From the NCBI GenBank assembly GCA_902773435.1, contig CACYEN010000151.1, positions 1,195 to 65,194 on the forward strand: DNA of 64,000 nt. Direction: 5' to 3'. Within the stretch, counting starts at the first letter, position 1. Each line of letters begins with the position of its first letter. The notes under the pieces are model-generated. The model saw nothing but the letters and a program-made list of their open reading frames with translations, did not search any database and had not been told where the DNA came from. The stretch is from an uncultured Lachnospiraceae bacterium (lineage in GTDB: Bacteria; Bacillota; Clostridia; Lachnospirales; Lachnospiraceae). Both the position numbers and the translations under genes were made by a program. This document shows, in pieces, positions 49,074 to 58,749 of this stretch.

Positions 49074-50402
49074 ATGCTGAGAAAGATCGGTGAAGAACTG
49101 AATACGGAAGGCGTGATGACGACTGCGGGGGAGGCGGCATTTCCGGCCCCGTTCCCGGAGGAGCTGGAGTTCAGCTCCCCGGCAAGGGGGACCTGGAACA
49201 TCGTGCACACCGGCCTCCTGATTCCGGAGGCCCACGAGATCTTCGTGTGCGCGCGGGGCTGCCTGCGGGGCGTCGTCCTGACCGCCGCGGAGGCGAACGC
49301 CCTTCACCGGTATTCCGCGGTCCAGATCCGCGAGGAAAATGTCCTCGACGGCTCAATGGAACAGCTGATGGTCGGAGGCGTCGCCGACGTCCTGAGGAAG
49401 CTTCCCTACAGGCCGAGGGCGGTGCTGCTCTTTATCAGCTGTCAGCATTTTTTCCTGGCCTACGACCAGGAATATGTCTTCAGAACCCTGAGGGAGCGGT
49501 TCCCGGACATCCGCTTCGCCGACTGCTACATGATCCCGACGCTCCGGAAGAGCGGGATCACGCCGGACCAGAAGATGCGGATCCAGCTCTACAGCATGCT
49601 GGACCGGGTGGAGAAGGATCCCCGGAAAATCAACCTCATCGGCAGCAACATCGCGGTCAGCGGGAGCTGCGAATGGGTCCTCTGGCTGAGACGGCACGGG
49701 TTTGAGCTCAGGACGCTGCAGGCGTGCCGGACATTTGACGAGTACCTGGCGATGGGGGAGTCATTTCTGAATCTGTACTGCGAACCGCTCGCCCACATGG
49801 CGGCGCGGTCCCTCGAGGAGCGGCTCGGCCAGGAGGCCCTGTACCTGCCCTTCGTCTTCAATCCGGGGGAACTGGATGAGATTTACCGGGGGTTCGCCCG
49901 GCGTCTCGGTCTCCCGGAACCGGATTTCGGCGAGGAGAAGCGCAGGGCGGACGCGGCGATGCGGCGGGCGAAGGAGCTCATCGGCGACACCCCGGTGGCG
50001 GTGGACTACACCTTTACGTTCCGGATCCTGAGCTTTGTCAGGATGCTGCTCGCGTACGGCTTCAACGTGACGGACATCTACGCGGACAGCTTCAGCCCGG
50101 AGGAACGGGATGACTTTGAGAGGATCCGCCGGGACCGCCCGGGGATCCGGATCTGGGCGACCAACCGCCCGAAGATGCGGTTCGCGAAGCGGGAGAGCGG
50201 GGAGAAGGTGCTCGCGGTAGGACAGAAGGCCGCGTATTTCAAGGGTACCGGACATTTTGTAAATGTCGCCGAGAGCGGCGGATTCTACGGCTATGACGGC
50301 ACGGAGCGGATCGCCGCCCTGATGGAAGAGGCCTTCATTGAGGAGAAGGACACGCGGGACCTCGTCCAGAGGAAAGGTTACGGGTGTCCGAGCTGCATAT
50401 AG
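49074..50402 (+). CDS. Nitrogenase component-1-like subunit A (module 1)
   Basis: VCARGCLRG, E.NVLDG, FISCQHFFLAYD, YLP, FYGYDG pattern; C-terminal CPSC. Confidence 0.85.
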   Translation: MLRKIGEELNTEGVMTTAGEAAFPAPFPEELEFSSPARGTWNIVHTGLLIPEAHEIFVCARGCLRGVVLTAAEANALHRYSAVQIREENVLDGSMEQLMVGGVADVLRKLPYRPRAVLLFISCQHFFLAYDQEYVFRTLRERFPDIRFADCYMIPTLRKSGITPDQKMRIQLYSMLDRVEKDPRKINLIGSNIAVSGSCEWVLWLRRHGFELRTLQACRTFDEYLAMGESFLNLYCEPLAHMAARSLEERLGQEALYLPFVFNPGELDEIYRGFARRLGLPEPDFGEEKRRADAAMRRAKELIGDTPVAVDYTFTFRILSFVRMLLAYGFNVTDIYADSFSPEERDDFERIRRDRPGIRIWATNRPKMRFAKRESGEKVLAVGQKAAYFKGTGHFVNVAESGGFYGYDGTERIAALMEEAFIEEKDTRDLVQRKGYGCPSCI

Positions 50403-50439
50403 ACGCGTCCGGACACACCGGGCGGAAGGAGAGCGCGGG

Positions 50440-51681
50440 ATGAGGCAGGTGACAGGACTCACAAGTACATATTCCTCCGATGAATTCGGGATCTGTTCTG
50501 CGCTCTTCGAGCTCGGCGGCCTCGTTGTGATGCACGACGCGTCCGGCTGCAACTCCACCTACACGACGCACGACGAGCCGAGATGGTACGACATGGACAG
50601 CATGGTCTATATCTCGGCTGTCTCGGAGATCGAGGCCATCATGGGCGACGACGACAAGCTGATCCGGGATGTCGTCTCCGCGGCGCGGGAACTGAAACCC
50701 CGGTTCACGGCTCTCATCGGGGCCCCGATCCCCTACATGATCGGAACCGACCTCCCCGCCGTCGCGGGGATCGTGGAGGAGGAGACGGGGATCCCGTCGA
50801 TCGGGTTTCCGGCGAACGGCATGGGCCTCTATACGAAGGGCATCTCGATGGCGCTCGCGGCGGTCACGGAGCGGTTCGCGCAAGGAGAGACGGGGAGGAG
50901 CAGGGAGCCGTCGATGAACGTCATCGGGCTCACACCGCTAGATTTCTCCCTCAACGGGACCGCGGAGTCGATCTGGAGATGGGCGGAGGCGCTGGGATTC
51001 CGAAGGGGCGCCTGCATGGCGATGGGAAGCAGCCTCGACGAGATCTCCCGGGCCGGGGAGGCGCACGTGAACCTCGTGGTCTCCTACGGAGGCCTGGAGG
51101 CGGCGAGGATCCTCGAGAGGAGGTACGGCACGCCCTGGATCGCCGGCGTCCCGTTCGGAAAGGCCTTCGCGGAGCGGCTCGGGCAGCTCGTTCTCGAGGC
51201 GGCCGGGACCGGGGGCAGGGAGATGGCGGCATACCGCAGTGTGCCGCGCGCCGGGGCTGCGGGGCGGGATCCCGCGCCGAACCCGGCCCGGGACGCGGCA
51301 CGGGGGAAGGAATCCCCGCTCCTCGTGGTCGGGGAGAGCGTGTACAGCGCCTCCTTCGCGGCAGCGGTCGAGCTCGAGCTGAATATCCCGACAAGGGTGC
51401 TCTGCCCGGTGGATACCGAGGATGTTCTGCTCAGGGAGGGGGACCGAAGGACGCCCGAGGAGGACGACCTCATCGAGGCGTTCCGCGGGGCGGAGCGCGT
51501 GGCCGCGGACCCGCTGTTCCGGCAGCTTGTACCGGAGACCGCGGAGTTCTTCGACCTGCCCCACGAGGCATTTTCCGGGAGGATCTACGACAGGGTCAAC
51601 CGGAACATGGTGGATGTGCCGCTCGACGGATTTATTTTCGGGGGAACAAAGGCGCCGCGCGGGAAGGGACCGCGCGGCTGA
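50440..51681 (+). CDS. Nitrogenase component-1-like subunit B (module 1)
   Basis: HDASGC, EIEAIMGDDDKL, MIGTDL, AHVNLVV..GLEAARILERRYGTPW; GGAG RBS before 50440. Confidence 0.85.
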   Translation: MRQVTGLTSTYSSDEFGICSALFELGGLVVMHDASGCNSTYTTHDEPRWYDMDSMVYISAVSEIEAIMGDDDKLIRDVVSAARELKPRFTALIGAPIPYMIGTDLPAVAGIVEEETGIPSIGFPANGMGLYTKGISMALAAVTERFAQGETGRSREPSMNVIGLTPLDFSLNGTAESIWRWAEALGFRRGACMAMGSSLDEISRAGEAHVNLVVSYGGLEAARILERRYGTPWIAGVPFGKAFAERLGQLVLEAAGTGGREMAAYRSVPRAGAAGRDPAPNPARDAARGKESPLLVVGESVYSASFAAAVELELNIPTRVLCPVDTEDVLLREGDRRTPEEDDLIEAFRGAERVAADPLFRQLVPETAEFFDLPHEAFSGRIYDRVNRNMVDVPLDGFIFGGTKAPRGKGPRG

Positions 51682-51697
51682 AGGAGTACATGCGAAG

Positions 51698-52474
51698 ATG
51701 CTGAAACTTGCGATATACGGAAAAGGCGGCATAGGAAAATCAACGACGACGGGCAATCTCGCCGCGGCGTTCGCCGTGCTCGGGAAGCGCGTGATCCAGA
51801 TCGGCTGCGACCCCAAGGCGGACTCCACGATCAACCTGCTCGGCGGGACGCCGGCGGTCTCCGTGATGGACTACATGCGGGAGCACGACGAGGAGCCGGA
51901 GCGGCTCGACGAGATCGCGAAGGAGGGCTTCGGCGGCGTGCTCTGCATCGAGACGGGCGGCCCCACGCCGGGCCTCGGCTGCGCGGGGAGAGGCATCATC
52001 ACCACGTTCAGCCTGCTCGAGGACCTTGAGCTCTTCGAGACGAGGGATCCGGACGTGGTGCTCTACGACGTGCTCGGGGACGTCGTCTGCGGCGGCTTCG
52101 CCGCCCCGATCCGCGAGGGTTACGCCGAGGATATCCTGATCGTCACCTCGGGCGAGAAGATGGCGCTCTACGCCGCGAACAATATCTGCCAGGCGGTGAA
52201 AAACTTCGAGGACAGAGGGTACGCGTCGGTGAAGGGAATCATTTTAAACCGCCGGAACGTGGAAAATGAGCGGGAGAAGGTCGAGGCGTTCGCCGCGGAG
52301 CGGGGGCTCCCGATCCTCGCGGACATACCGCGGAGCGACGACATCATCCGGTTCGAGGACGAGGGGAAGACCGTCATAGAGGGCGGGCCCGACCTGCCGG
52401 TCAGCAGAATCTACCTGAACCTGGCGAGGCGGCTGCTCGCGGACGAAGAGGGACAGAAAGGACAGGACACATAA
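51698..52474 (+). CDS. NifH/BchL/CfbC-like Fe protein (module 2)
   Basis: YGKGGIGKST, GCDPKADST, GGPTPGLGCAGRG, DVLGDVVCGGF; AAGGAG RBS before 51698. Confidence 0.95.
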   Translation: MLKLAIYGKGGIGKSTTTGNLAAAFAVLGKRVIQIGCDPKADSTINLLGGTPAVSVMDYMREHDEEPERLDEIAKEGFGGVLCIETGGPTPGLGCAGRGIITTFSLLEDLELFETRDPDVVLYDVLGDVVCGGFAAPIREGYAEDILIVTSGEKMALYAANNICQAVKNFEDRGYASVKGIILNRRNVENEREKVEAFAAERGLPILADIPRSDDIIRFEDEGKTVIEGGPDLPVSRIYLNLARRLLADEEGQKGQDT

Positions 52475-52479
52475 ACAAG

Positions 52480-53784
52480 ATGGGAAATGACGCCTACTAC
52501 ATCACGGCCGGCGAACTCGCGGCGGCGGGCAGCGGACAGATCCCGGACGAACTCCGGTCCGCCCGGCACCTGATCTACAGCTCCCCGGCGACGCTCGCCT
52601 TCAACTCCCCCGGGGCCCAGGGCTTCGGCGTGAAGAGGGCGGGGCTCGCCGTCCCCGGCTCGGTGATGCTGCTCGTCTCCCCCGGGTGCTGCGGCCGGAA
52701 TACGACACTGCTGACGGAGAGACGGGAATACGACGGGAGATTCTTCTTCCTGCTCATGGATGAGACGGACATCGTCACCGGCCGCCACCTCCGGAAGATT
52801 CCGGACGCGGTCCGGGAGGTTGTCGCGGCCTGCGCGGAGCGGCCGACCTCGGTGATGATCTGCATCACCTGCGTCGACGCGCTGCTCGGCACGGATATGG
52901 ACAGGGTCTGCAGGAAGGCCTCCGAGGCGGCGGGGGTCCCGGTGCTCCCCTGCTACATGTACGCCCTGACCCGCGAGGGCAGGATCCCGCCGATGGCGGC
53001 GGTGAGGAAGACGGTCTACCAGCTCCTCGAAAAGAGGAAGAAGAGGGCGTCGAGCGTCAATATCCTGGGGTCGTTTACCCCCTATGACGACGACTCCGAG
53101 CTGTACGGCATTCTCCGGGGGATCGGCATCAGGAAGATCCGGGAGATCTCGAGATGCGAAGATTTTGAGTCCTATCTGGAGATGGCGGAGGCCAACTTCA
53201 ACCTCGTCCTCAACCCGGAGTCGCGCGTGGCCGCGGCGGATCTTGAGAAGAGGCTCGGCATTCCGTTCATCGAGATGACGAGGGTCTACCAGATCGACAA
53301 GATCCACCGCCAGTATGAGCTGTTCGGCGCCGCGCTCGGCGTGATGGTCGACGACTCGGCCTGGATGGCGGAGGCGGAAGCCGCGGTCGCGGATTTCAGG
53401 GAGAGGTATCCGGACGCGGCATTCTCGGTCGGAGAGTGGCTGAACGCCGATCCGTTCGAGCTCTCGCTCGCCCTCCTCCGGTACGGGTTCCGCGTCAATG
53501 AGATCTTCGGGACGGTGACGGACGTGAACCGGATCTACATCCGGAGGATTGCGGAGATCAGCCCGGAGACGAGGATCTACACGAATCTCTCGCCGACCAT
53601 GCTCTTCTACGACTGCGCGGGCGGGGAGGACGTCATCACGCTCGGCAAAGACGCGGGCTATTATCATCCGGACGGCGTGAACGTCCCCTGGAACGACGAG
53701 CAGCAGCCGTTCGGCTACCGCGGACTCACCCGCCTCTTTGAGAGGCTTGCGGAGGCAGCCGGGAAAGCGGAGGGCATATCATGA
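52480..53784 (+). CDS. Nitrogenase component-1-like subunit A' (module 2)
   Basis: SPGCCGRN, ETDIVTG, ITCVDALLGTD, AEANFNLV, LEKRLGIPF, FGYRG. Confidence 0.87.
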   Translation: MGNDAYYITAGELAAAGSGQIPDELRSARHLIYSSPATLAFNSPGAQGFGVKRAGLAVPGSVMLLVSPGCCGRNTTLLTERREYDGRFFFLLMDETDIVTGRHLRKIPDAVREVVAACAERPTSVMICITCVDALLGTDMDRVCRKASEAAGVPVLPCYMYALTREGRIPPMAAVRKTVYQLLEKRKKRASSVNILGSFTPYDDDSELYGILRGIGIRKIREISRCEDFESYLEMAEANFNLVLNPESRVAAADLEKRLGIPFIEMTRVYQIDKIHRQYELFGAALGVMVDDSAWMAEAEAAVADFRERYPDAAFSVGEWLNADPFELSLALLRYGFRVNEIFGTVTDVNRIYIRRIAEISPETRIYTNLSPTMLFYDCAGGEDVITLGKDAGYYHPDGVNVPWNDEQQPFGYRGLTRLFERLAEAAGKAEGIS

Positions 53785-54884
53785 GAGGACTGATCAGATA
53801 CCTGTCCCCGTTCGCGCCCGACCAGTCGGGCGCCTCCGGGGTGTTCTACGATCTCGGCGGCCTGATCGTCATCTGCGACGCGGGCGGCTGCACCGGCAAC
53901 ATCTGCGGCTTTGACGAGCCGAGATGGTTTTCCCGCAGGAGCGGCATCATGAGCGCGGGGCTCCGCGACATGGACGCCATCCTCGGGCGGGACGACCAGC
54001 TTGTGGAGAAGCTGAAGTCAGCCGTCACACGCCTCGGCGCGCCATTCGCGGTTCTCATCGGGACGCCTGTTCCGGCGGTGATCGGGACGGATTTCCGGGC
54101 ACTCGGGAAGATGGCCGGGAAGCGCTGCGGAATCCCGGTCCTGACGGTCTCCTGCAAGGGGACCGGCCTCTACGACGAGGGCGAGGAGGAGGCGTATCTC
54201 AGTTTGATGGAGGCATTTGCCGGCGGGAGCGGCGGCGGGGATGATGCCGGGGATGCCGCTCCCCTGAAAGGACTCGTCGGCGTCATCGGCGCGACGCCGC
54301 TCAGCACGGACACCGCGATGCCGCCCGAGCGGCTCTCCTCGGCGCTCGGGACGGACCGCCTCCTCTGCTACGGGGCGGCCGGGGGCCTCTCCGCCGTGCG
54401 AAGGGCTCCCCGCGCCGAGAAGAACCTTGTGATCTCGCCCTCGGGGATCCGCGCCGCGGAGTACCTGAGGGAACGCTTCGGGACCCCTTACGAGGCCGCA
54501 TATCCGCTGGTCCCGCGCCCGGTCATCGAGACGTATCCGGAGCTTCGGGGGAAGAGAGTCCTCGTCGTCCACCAGCAGTTCGCCGCCAACGCGGTGAGGG
54601 AGGGCCTTGCCGGCGCGGGGTGCGAGGACGTGACGTGCGCGACATTTTTTATGATGAAAGAGGAGTACGCGAAGCCCGGAGACGCACGCTTCTCCACCGA
54701 GGAGAGTTTCACCCGCTTCGTGGAGGGGGGAGGATTTGACGCCGTCATCGGCGACCGCTTCCTGAGCCGCGCCGTCCGGGGATTCCGGGGGAGGTGGATT
54801 CACATGCCTGAGTTCGCGGTGTCGGGAGAGTGCGCCGACGTCGGGGAAACCGGGGAGGGCCCTGAAAGGAAGTCCGGAACATGA
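53781..54884 (+). CDS. Nitrogenase component-1-like subunit B' (module 2)
   Basis: CDAGGC, DAILGRDDQL, VIGTDF, AEKNLVI..GIRAAEYLRERFGTPY; ATGA overlaps on both sides. Confidence 0.85.
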   Translation: MRGLIRYLSPFAPDQSGASGVFYDLGGLIVICDAGGCTGNICGFDEPRWFSRRSGIMSAGLRDMDAILGRDDQLVEKLKSAVTRLGAPFAVLIGTPVPAVIGTDFRALGKMAGKRCGIPVLTVSCKGTGLYDEGEEEAYLSLMEAFAGGSGGGDDAGDAAPLKGLVGVIGATPLSTDTAMPPERLSSALGTDRLLCYGAAGGLSAVRRAPRAEKNLVISPSGIRAAEYLRERFGTPYEAAYPLVPRPVIETYPELRGKRVLVVHQQFAANAVREGLAGAGCEDVTCATFFMMKEEYAKPGDARFSTEESFTRFVEGGGFDAVIGDRFLSRAVRGFRGRWIHMPEFAVSGECADVGETGEGPERKSGT

Positions 54885-57235
54885 CGGATCAGACGCTTAA
54901 GATTCCCACAAATCACATAAGGATGTACGGGATCGTGCAGGGCGTCGGCTTTCGCCCGTTCGTGAGCCGCGCCGCGATGAGATGCGGCATCCGCGGGAGC
55001 GTCGCCAACCGGGGCTCCTACGTCGAGATCTTCGCGCAGGGGGACGCGGAGGCGATGGGGAGGTTCCTGGACATCCTGAAAAATGATCCCCCCGAACGCT
55101 CCGTCGTCCTCAAGATTGACGTCTCGGAGTGCGGGGCAGCCGCGTTCGATGCATTTGACATCATCGAGAGCGAAAAGGAGACAGGCGATATCTTCGTGTC
55201 CCCCGACATCGCGACCTGCCCGAAGTGCAGGGAGGAGCTCTACAGCCCGGGAAACCGGCGGTACATGCATCCGTTCATCAACTGCACGGCCTGCGGGCCG
55301 AGGCTCACGATCCTCGACTCCATGCCCTACGACCGGGTCAGGACCAGCATGGGGGAATTCCCGATGTGCCCGGAGTGCGCGCGGGAGTACACGGATCCGG
55401 CGACTCGGAGGTACGACGCCCAGCCGGTGTGCTGCCCGGACTGTGGCCCGGAGGTGTACCTGGCCGGAAGGAGGGAGCGCGGCCGGGAGGCAATCACGGC
55501 GGCGAGGCGCGCGATCATGGAGGGAAAGATCGTCGCGGTCAAGGGTATCGGCGGCTTCCATCTCTGCTGCGACGCGTCGCGCGGGGAGGCTGTCGGGAGG
55601 CTGAGGGAGCTCAAGAGACGGCCGGCGAAGCCGTTCGCGGTCATGATGAGGGACCTCGGCGCGGTCCGCAGGGAGTGCGTGATCGGGCCGGAGATGGAGG
55701 CGGAACTGGACAACCACCAGAAGCCGATCATCCTGCTCCCGAAGAGGGCGGGCGGGCGAATTGCGGACGCCGTCGCGCCCGACAATCCGAACGTCGGCGT
55801 GATGCTGCCGTACGCGCCGGTGCAGATGCTTCTGTTCGACTACGACGACGGCCTTGAGATGACGACGGACATGTTTGTGATGACGAGCGGAAACATCTCG
55901 GGCGCGCCGATCTGCCGCACCGACGACGAGGCGGTCCGCGAGATCAGCTCCTTCTGCGATCTGATCCTTACGCACAACCGGAAGATCCGCCTGAGGGCCG
56001 ACGACTCGGTCATGGACTTCTACCGGGGAAAGCCCTATATGATCCGCCGCTCGAGGGGCTACGCGCCGCTCCCGTTCATGACGGCGCGGGAATACGCGCA
56101 CTGCGTGCTGGCGGTCGGGGGGGAGCTGAAAAACACCTTCTGCATCGGGAAAAACCAGCTCTTCTACCCGTCCCCCTACGTCGGGGACATGGAGGACATC
56201 CGGACCGTCGAGGTCCTTAGGGAGTCCATCCGCCGCATGTCGGAACTTCTGGAGGCGGACATCGAAGCGGTGGCGTGCGACCTGCATCCGAAGTATAATA
56301 CGACTGTCGTGGCAGAGGAACTCTGTCTCCCGGTCTTCCGTGTACAGCATCACTACGCGCACATCCTGTCCTGCATGGCCGAGAATGACGCCGACGGTCC
56401 CGTGATCGGCGTCTCGTTCGACGGGACCGGATACGGGACGGACGGGACGATCTGGGGCGGGGAGATCATGATCGCGGACCGGGCCGGCTTCACGAGGGAG
56501 GCGAGCATCCGCCCGTTCCCCCAGGCCGGAGGAGACGCCTCGGCCCGGGAGGGATGGAGAATCGCGGCCTCCATGATCAACAGTCTCTGCCCGGAGGAGG
56601 AAGCCGCGGACATCGCGGAGCGCCTGTCCATATGCGACGGGAGGGAGGCGCGGATCATCCGGAAGATGTGCGAAAAGCGCATAAACTGCGTCACCTCGAC
56701 GAGCGCGGGACGGCTCTTCGACGCGGTCAGCGCGGTGCTCGGCATACGCAGGAGCTCGACGTTCGAGGGCGAGGCCTCGATCGCGCTCGAGTTCCGCGCG
56801 GAGGAATGGGAGGCGGAGGCGAAACCCGGACTCACGGGCGGGGTGTTCGCGGATGTTCCCCGTGAACCCGAACCGGGGGAGGGGGACGGCCGCCTGATCC
56901 TTCCGACGGACCGGCTCTTCGACCGGATCCTGAGGGCCCGCCTCGCCGGCGGCGGCGCTGGAGAACTCGCGTATCTCTTTCACTTTGAGCTCGCGCGGCA
57001 GATCGCCAGCGCCGTCGGGCGGATCTCGGATCGAAGCGGGATCCGGGTATGCGCTCTTTCCGGAGGCGTCTTCCAGAACAGGCTGCTTCTCCGGCTGTGC
57101 GACGGCATGCTGAGGAAGGCTGGATTCGAGGTGCTCCTTCACAGCCTCGTCCCCCCGAACGACGGAGGGATCGCGCTCGGCCAGGCGCTGGCGCTGACGG
57201 AGGCGATGGAGAGGGGGACGTTTCCGCCGTCGTAA
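54881..57235 (+). CDS. hypF: Carbamoyltransferase HypF
   Basis: GIVQGVGFRPFV acylphosphatase domain, two CxxC-x-CxxC zinc fingers, KGIGGFHL, RRSRGYAP, QHHYAH, PPNDGGIALGQ. Confidence 0.98.
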   Translation: MTDQTLKIPTNHIRMYGIVQGVGFRPFVSRAAMRCGIRGSVANRGSYVEIFAQGDAEAMGRFLDILKNDPPERSVVLKIDVSECGAAAFDAFDIIESEKETGDIFVSPDIATCPKCREELYSPGNRRYMHPFINCTACGPRLTILDSMPYDRVRTSMGEFPMCPECAREYTDPATRRYDAQPVCCPDCGPEVYLAGRRERGREAITAARRAIMEGKIVAVKGIGGFHLCCDASRGEAVGRLRELKRRPAKPFAVMMRDLGAVRRECVIGPEMEAELDNHQKPIILLPKRAGGRIADAVAPDNPNVGVMLPYAPVQMLLFDYDDGLEMTTDMFVMTSGNISGAPICRTDDEAVREISSFCDLILTHNRKIRLRADDSVMDFYRGKPYMIRRSRGYAPLPFMTAREYAHCVLAVGGELKNTFCIGKNQLFYPSPYVGDMEDIRTVEVLRESIRRMSELLEADIEAVACDLHPKYNTTVVAEELCLPVFRVQHHYAHILSCMAENDADGPVIGVSFDGTGYGTDGTIWGGEIMIADRAGFTREASIRPFPQAGGDASAREGWRIAASMINSLCPEEEAADIAERLSICDGREARIIRKMCEKRINCVTSTSAGRLFDAVSAVLGIRRSSTFEGEASIALEFRAEEWEAEAKPGLTGGVFADVPREPEPGEGDGRLILPTDRLFDRILRARLAGGGAGELAYLFHFELARQIASAVGRISDRSGIRVCALSGGVFQNRLLLRLCDGMLRKAGFEVLLHSLVPPNDGGIALGQALALTEAMERGTFPPS

Positions 57236-57339
57236 GGGCATGGAGATACAGAGAGCGGCGGACAGGTAACGGGACGCGGAGAACGGAAATACAGGCTTTG
57301 AAACAGGAAAAAGATCAGTAAGAGACGGAGGAATAAGTT

Positions 57340-57546
57340 ATGTGTGTAGGGCTTGCGGCAAAAGTCGTCGGAATCAGGAACGGGACCGCGCTTGTGGACG
57401 CTAACGGGGCGAAGCGGGAGGTCTCCGCGCAGCTTCTCGAGGACCTTGAGCCCGGCGACTACGTGATGGTGCACGCGGGCGTCGCGATCGCGAAGATCAC
57501 GGACGACGACGGGGATGAGACGGACGCGCTCATGGAGATGCTCTGA
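57340..57546 (+). CDS. hypC: HypC chaperone
   Basis: N-terminal MC(VGLAAK), GDYVMVHAGVAI. Confidence 0.95.
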   Translation: MCVGLAAKVVGIRNGTALVDANGAKREVSAQLLEDLEPGDYVMVHAGVAIAKITDDDGDETDALMEML

Positions 57547-57599
57547 TAATAATGACAGCCATGGCCGCCGACGCGGCCGTGTTGAAAGCGGGACGGATA

Positions 57600-58670
57600 A
57601 TGACAGATATCATGGAAAAGAGAGAGCCGGCGAGAAAGTCGGCGCGGGAGATCATTGAGAGCTACGACGGCCCGAAGCTCCGGATCATGGAGGTCTGCGG
57701 GACACACACTCACGAGATCTTCCGGCTGGGCATCCGGTCCCTTCTTCCCGATACGATCGAGCTGGTCTCAGGCCCGGGATGCCCGGTCTGCGTGACGCCG
57801 GTCGGCTTTGTGGACGAGGCGGTGATGCTCGCGCTTGAGAAGGGGGCGGTGGTCTGCACGTTCGGCGACCTGATCCGTGTCCCGGGGACGAAGATGTCAC
57901 TGGCGGGGGCGCGCGCCGAGGGCGCGAGGATCCGCATCGTGTACGCGCCGGACGACGCGGTGGAGTACGCCGCCGCGCATCCTGAGGAGCAGGTGGTCTT
58001 CCTGGCAGTCGGATTCGAGACGACGACCCCGGCCGCCGCGCTGGCCGTCAGGAGGGCGCGGGACGAGAAGATCGAAAACTTCTCGATCCTCACCGCGAAC
58101 AAGACGATGCCGAACGCGTATCTCGCGCTCAGGGGAAGCGCCGACGCCTTCCTCTATCCTGGCCACGTGAACGCGATCACGGGGGAGACGGAGTGCAGAA
58201 GGCTTGCGGAGGAGAGCGGCATCTCCGGCGTCATCGCCGGTTTCACCGCGAAAGAGCTCCTCACCGCGCTGGCCGTGATTATAGAGAAGTCGAAGACCGG
58301 GGAGCCGTTTTTCGTGAACTGCTACCCGAGGGTCGTGCGCCCGGAGGGCAACCCCGCCGGGCTCAGCCTGATCCGCGAGGTGATGGAGCCCTGCGACTCC
58401 GAGTGGAGGGGGCTCGGCATCATCCCGATGTCCGGCCTGAGGCTCAGGGAGGAGTACCGCGGGTATGACGCCCGGGTCAGGTTCGCGCTGCCGAAGATCG
58501 AGGGACGCCCCAATCCCGCGTGCCGCTGCGGGGAGGTTCTTCAGGGGAAATGCCGCCCCTCCGATTGCCGCGTATTCGGAAAGGGGTGTACGCCCGAGCA
58601 TCCGGTCGGCGCGTGTATGGTGTCGAGCGAGGGCGCCTGCGCGGCCTATTACCAGTACGGCGCGAAGTGA
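57600..58670 (+). CDS. hypD: HypD Fe(CN)2CO scaffold
   Basis: MEVCGTH, GPGCPVC, GFETT, PGHV, C-terminal Cys cluster ending GACMVSSEGAC. Confidence 0.98.
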   Translation: MTDIMEKREPARKSAREIIESYDGPKLRIMEVCGTHTHEIFRLGIRSLLPDTIELVSGPGCPVCVTPVGFVDEAVMLALEKGAVVCTFGDLIRVPGTKMSLAGARAEGARIRIVYAPDDAVEYAAAHPEEQVVFLAVGFETTTPAAALAVRRARDEKIENFSILTANKTMPNAYLALRGSADAFLYPGHVNAITGETECRRLAEESGISGVIAGFTAKELLTALAVIIEKSKTGEPFFVNCYPRVVRPEGNPAGLSLIREVMEPCDSEWRGLGIIPMSGLRLREEYRGYDARVRFALPKIEGRPNPACRCGEVLQGKCRPSDCRVFGKGCTPEHPVGACMVSSEGACAAYYQYGAK

Positions 58671-58749
58671 ACGGCGGCCGGGAGGAGGGTATCCGAACCG
58701 GGCAGCCATTTTTGAGAAATCGACAGTTATGAAGGAGTGTGGGACTTAA

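Noticed and set aside
48213-54884. True nitrogenase (N2 fixation) cluster
   Set aside because: Component-1 homologues are short, lack the full P-cluster Cys set and recognisable FeMo-co ligands, and there is no nifB/E/N in the window.
54800-57241. Long antisense or alternate-frame ORFs (this 813 aa ORF, and others such as 198-1787, 2972-4579, 6945-8729, 15433-17292, 37383-39191)
   Set aside because: They shadow well-supported genes, lack motifs, and are expected from stop-codon scarcity in GC-rich coding DNA.
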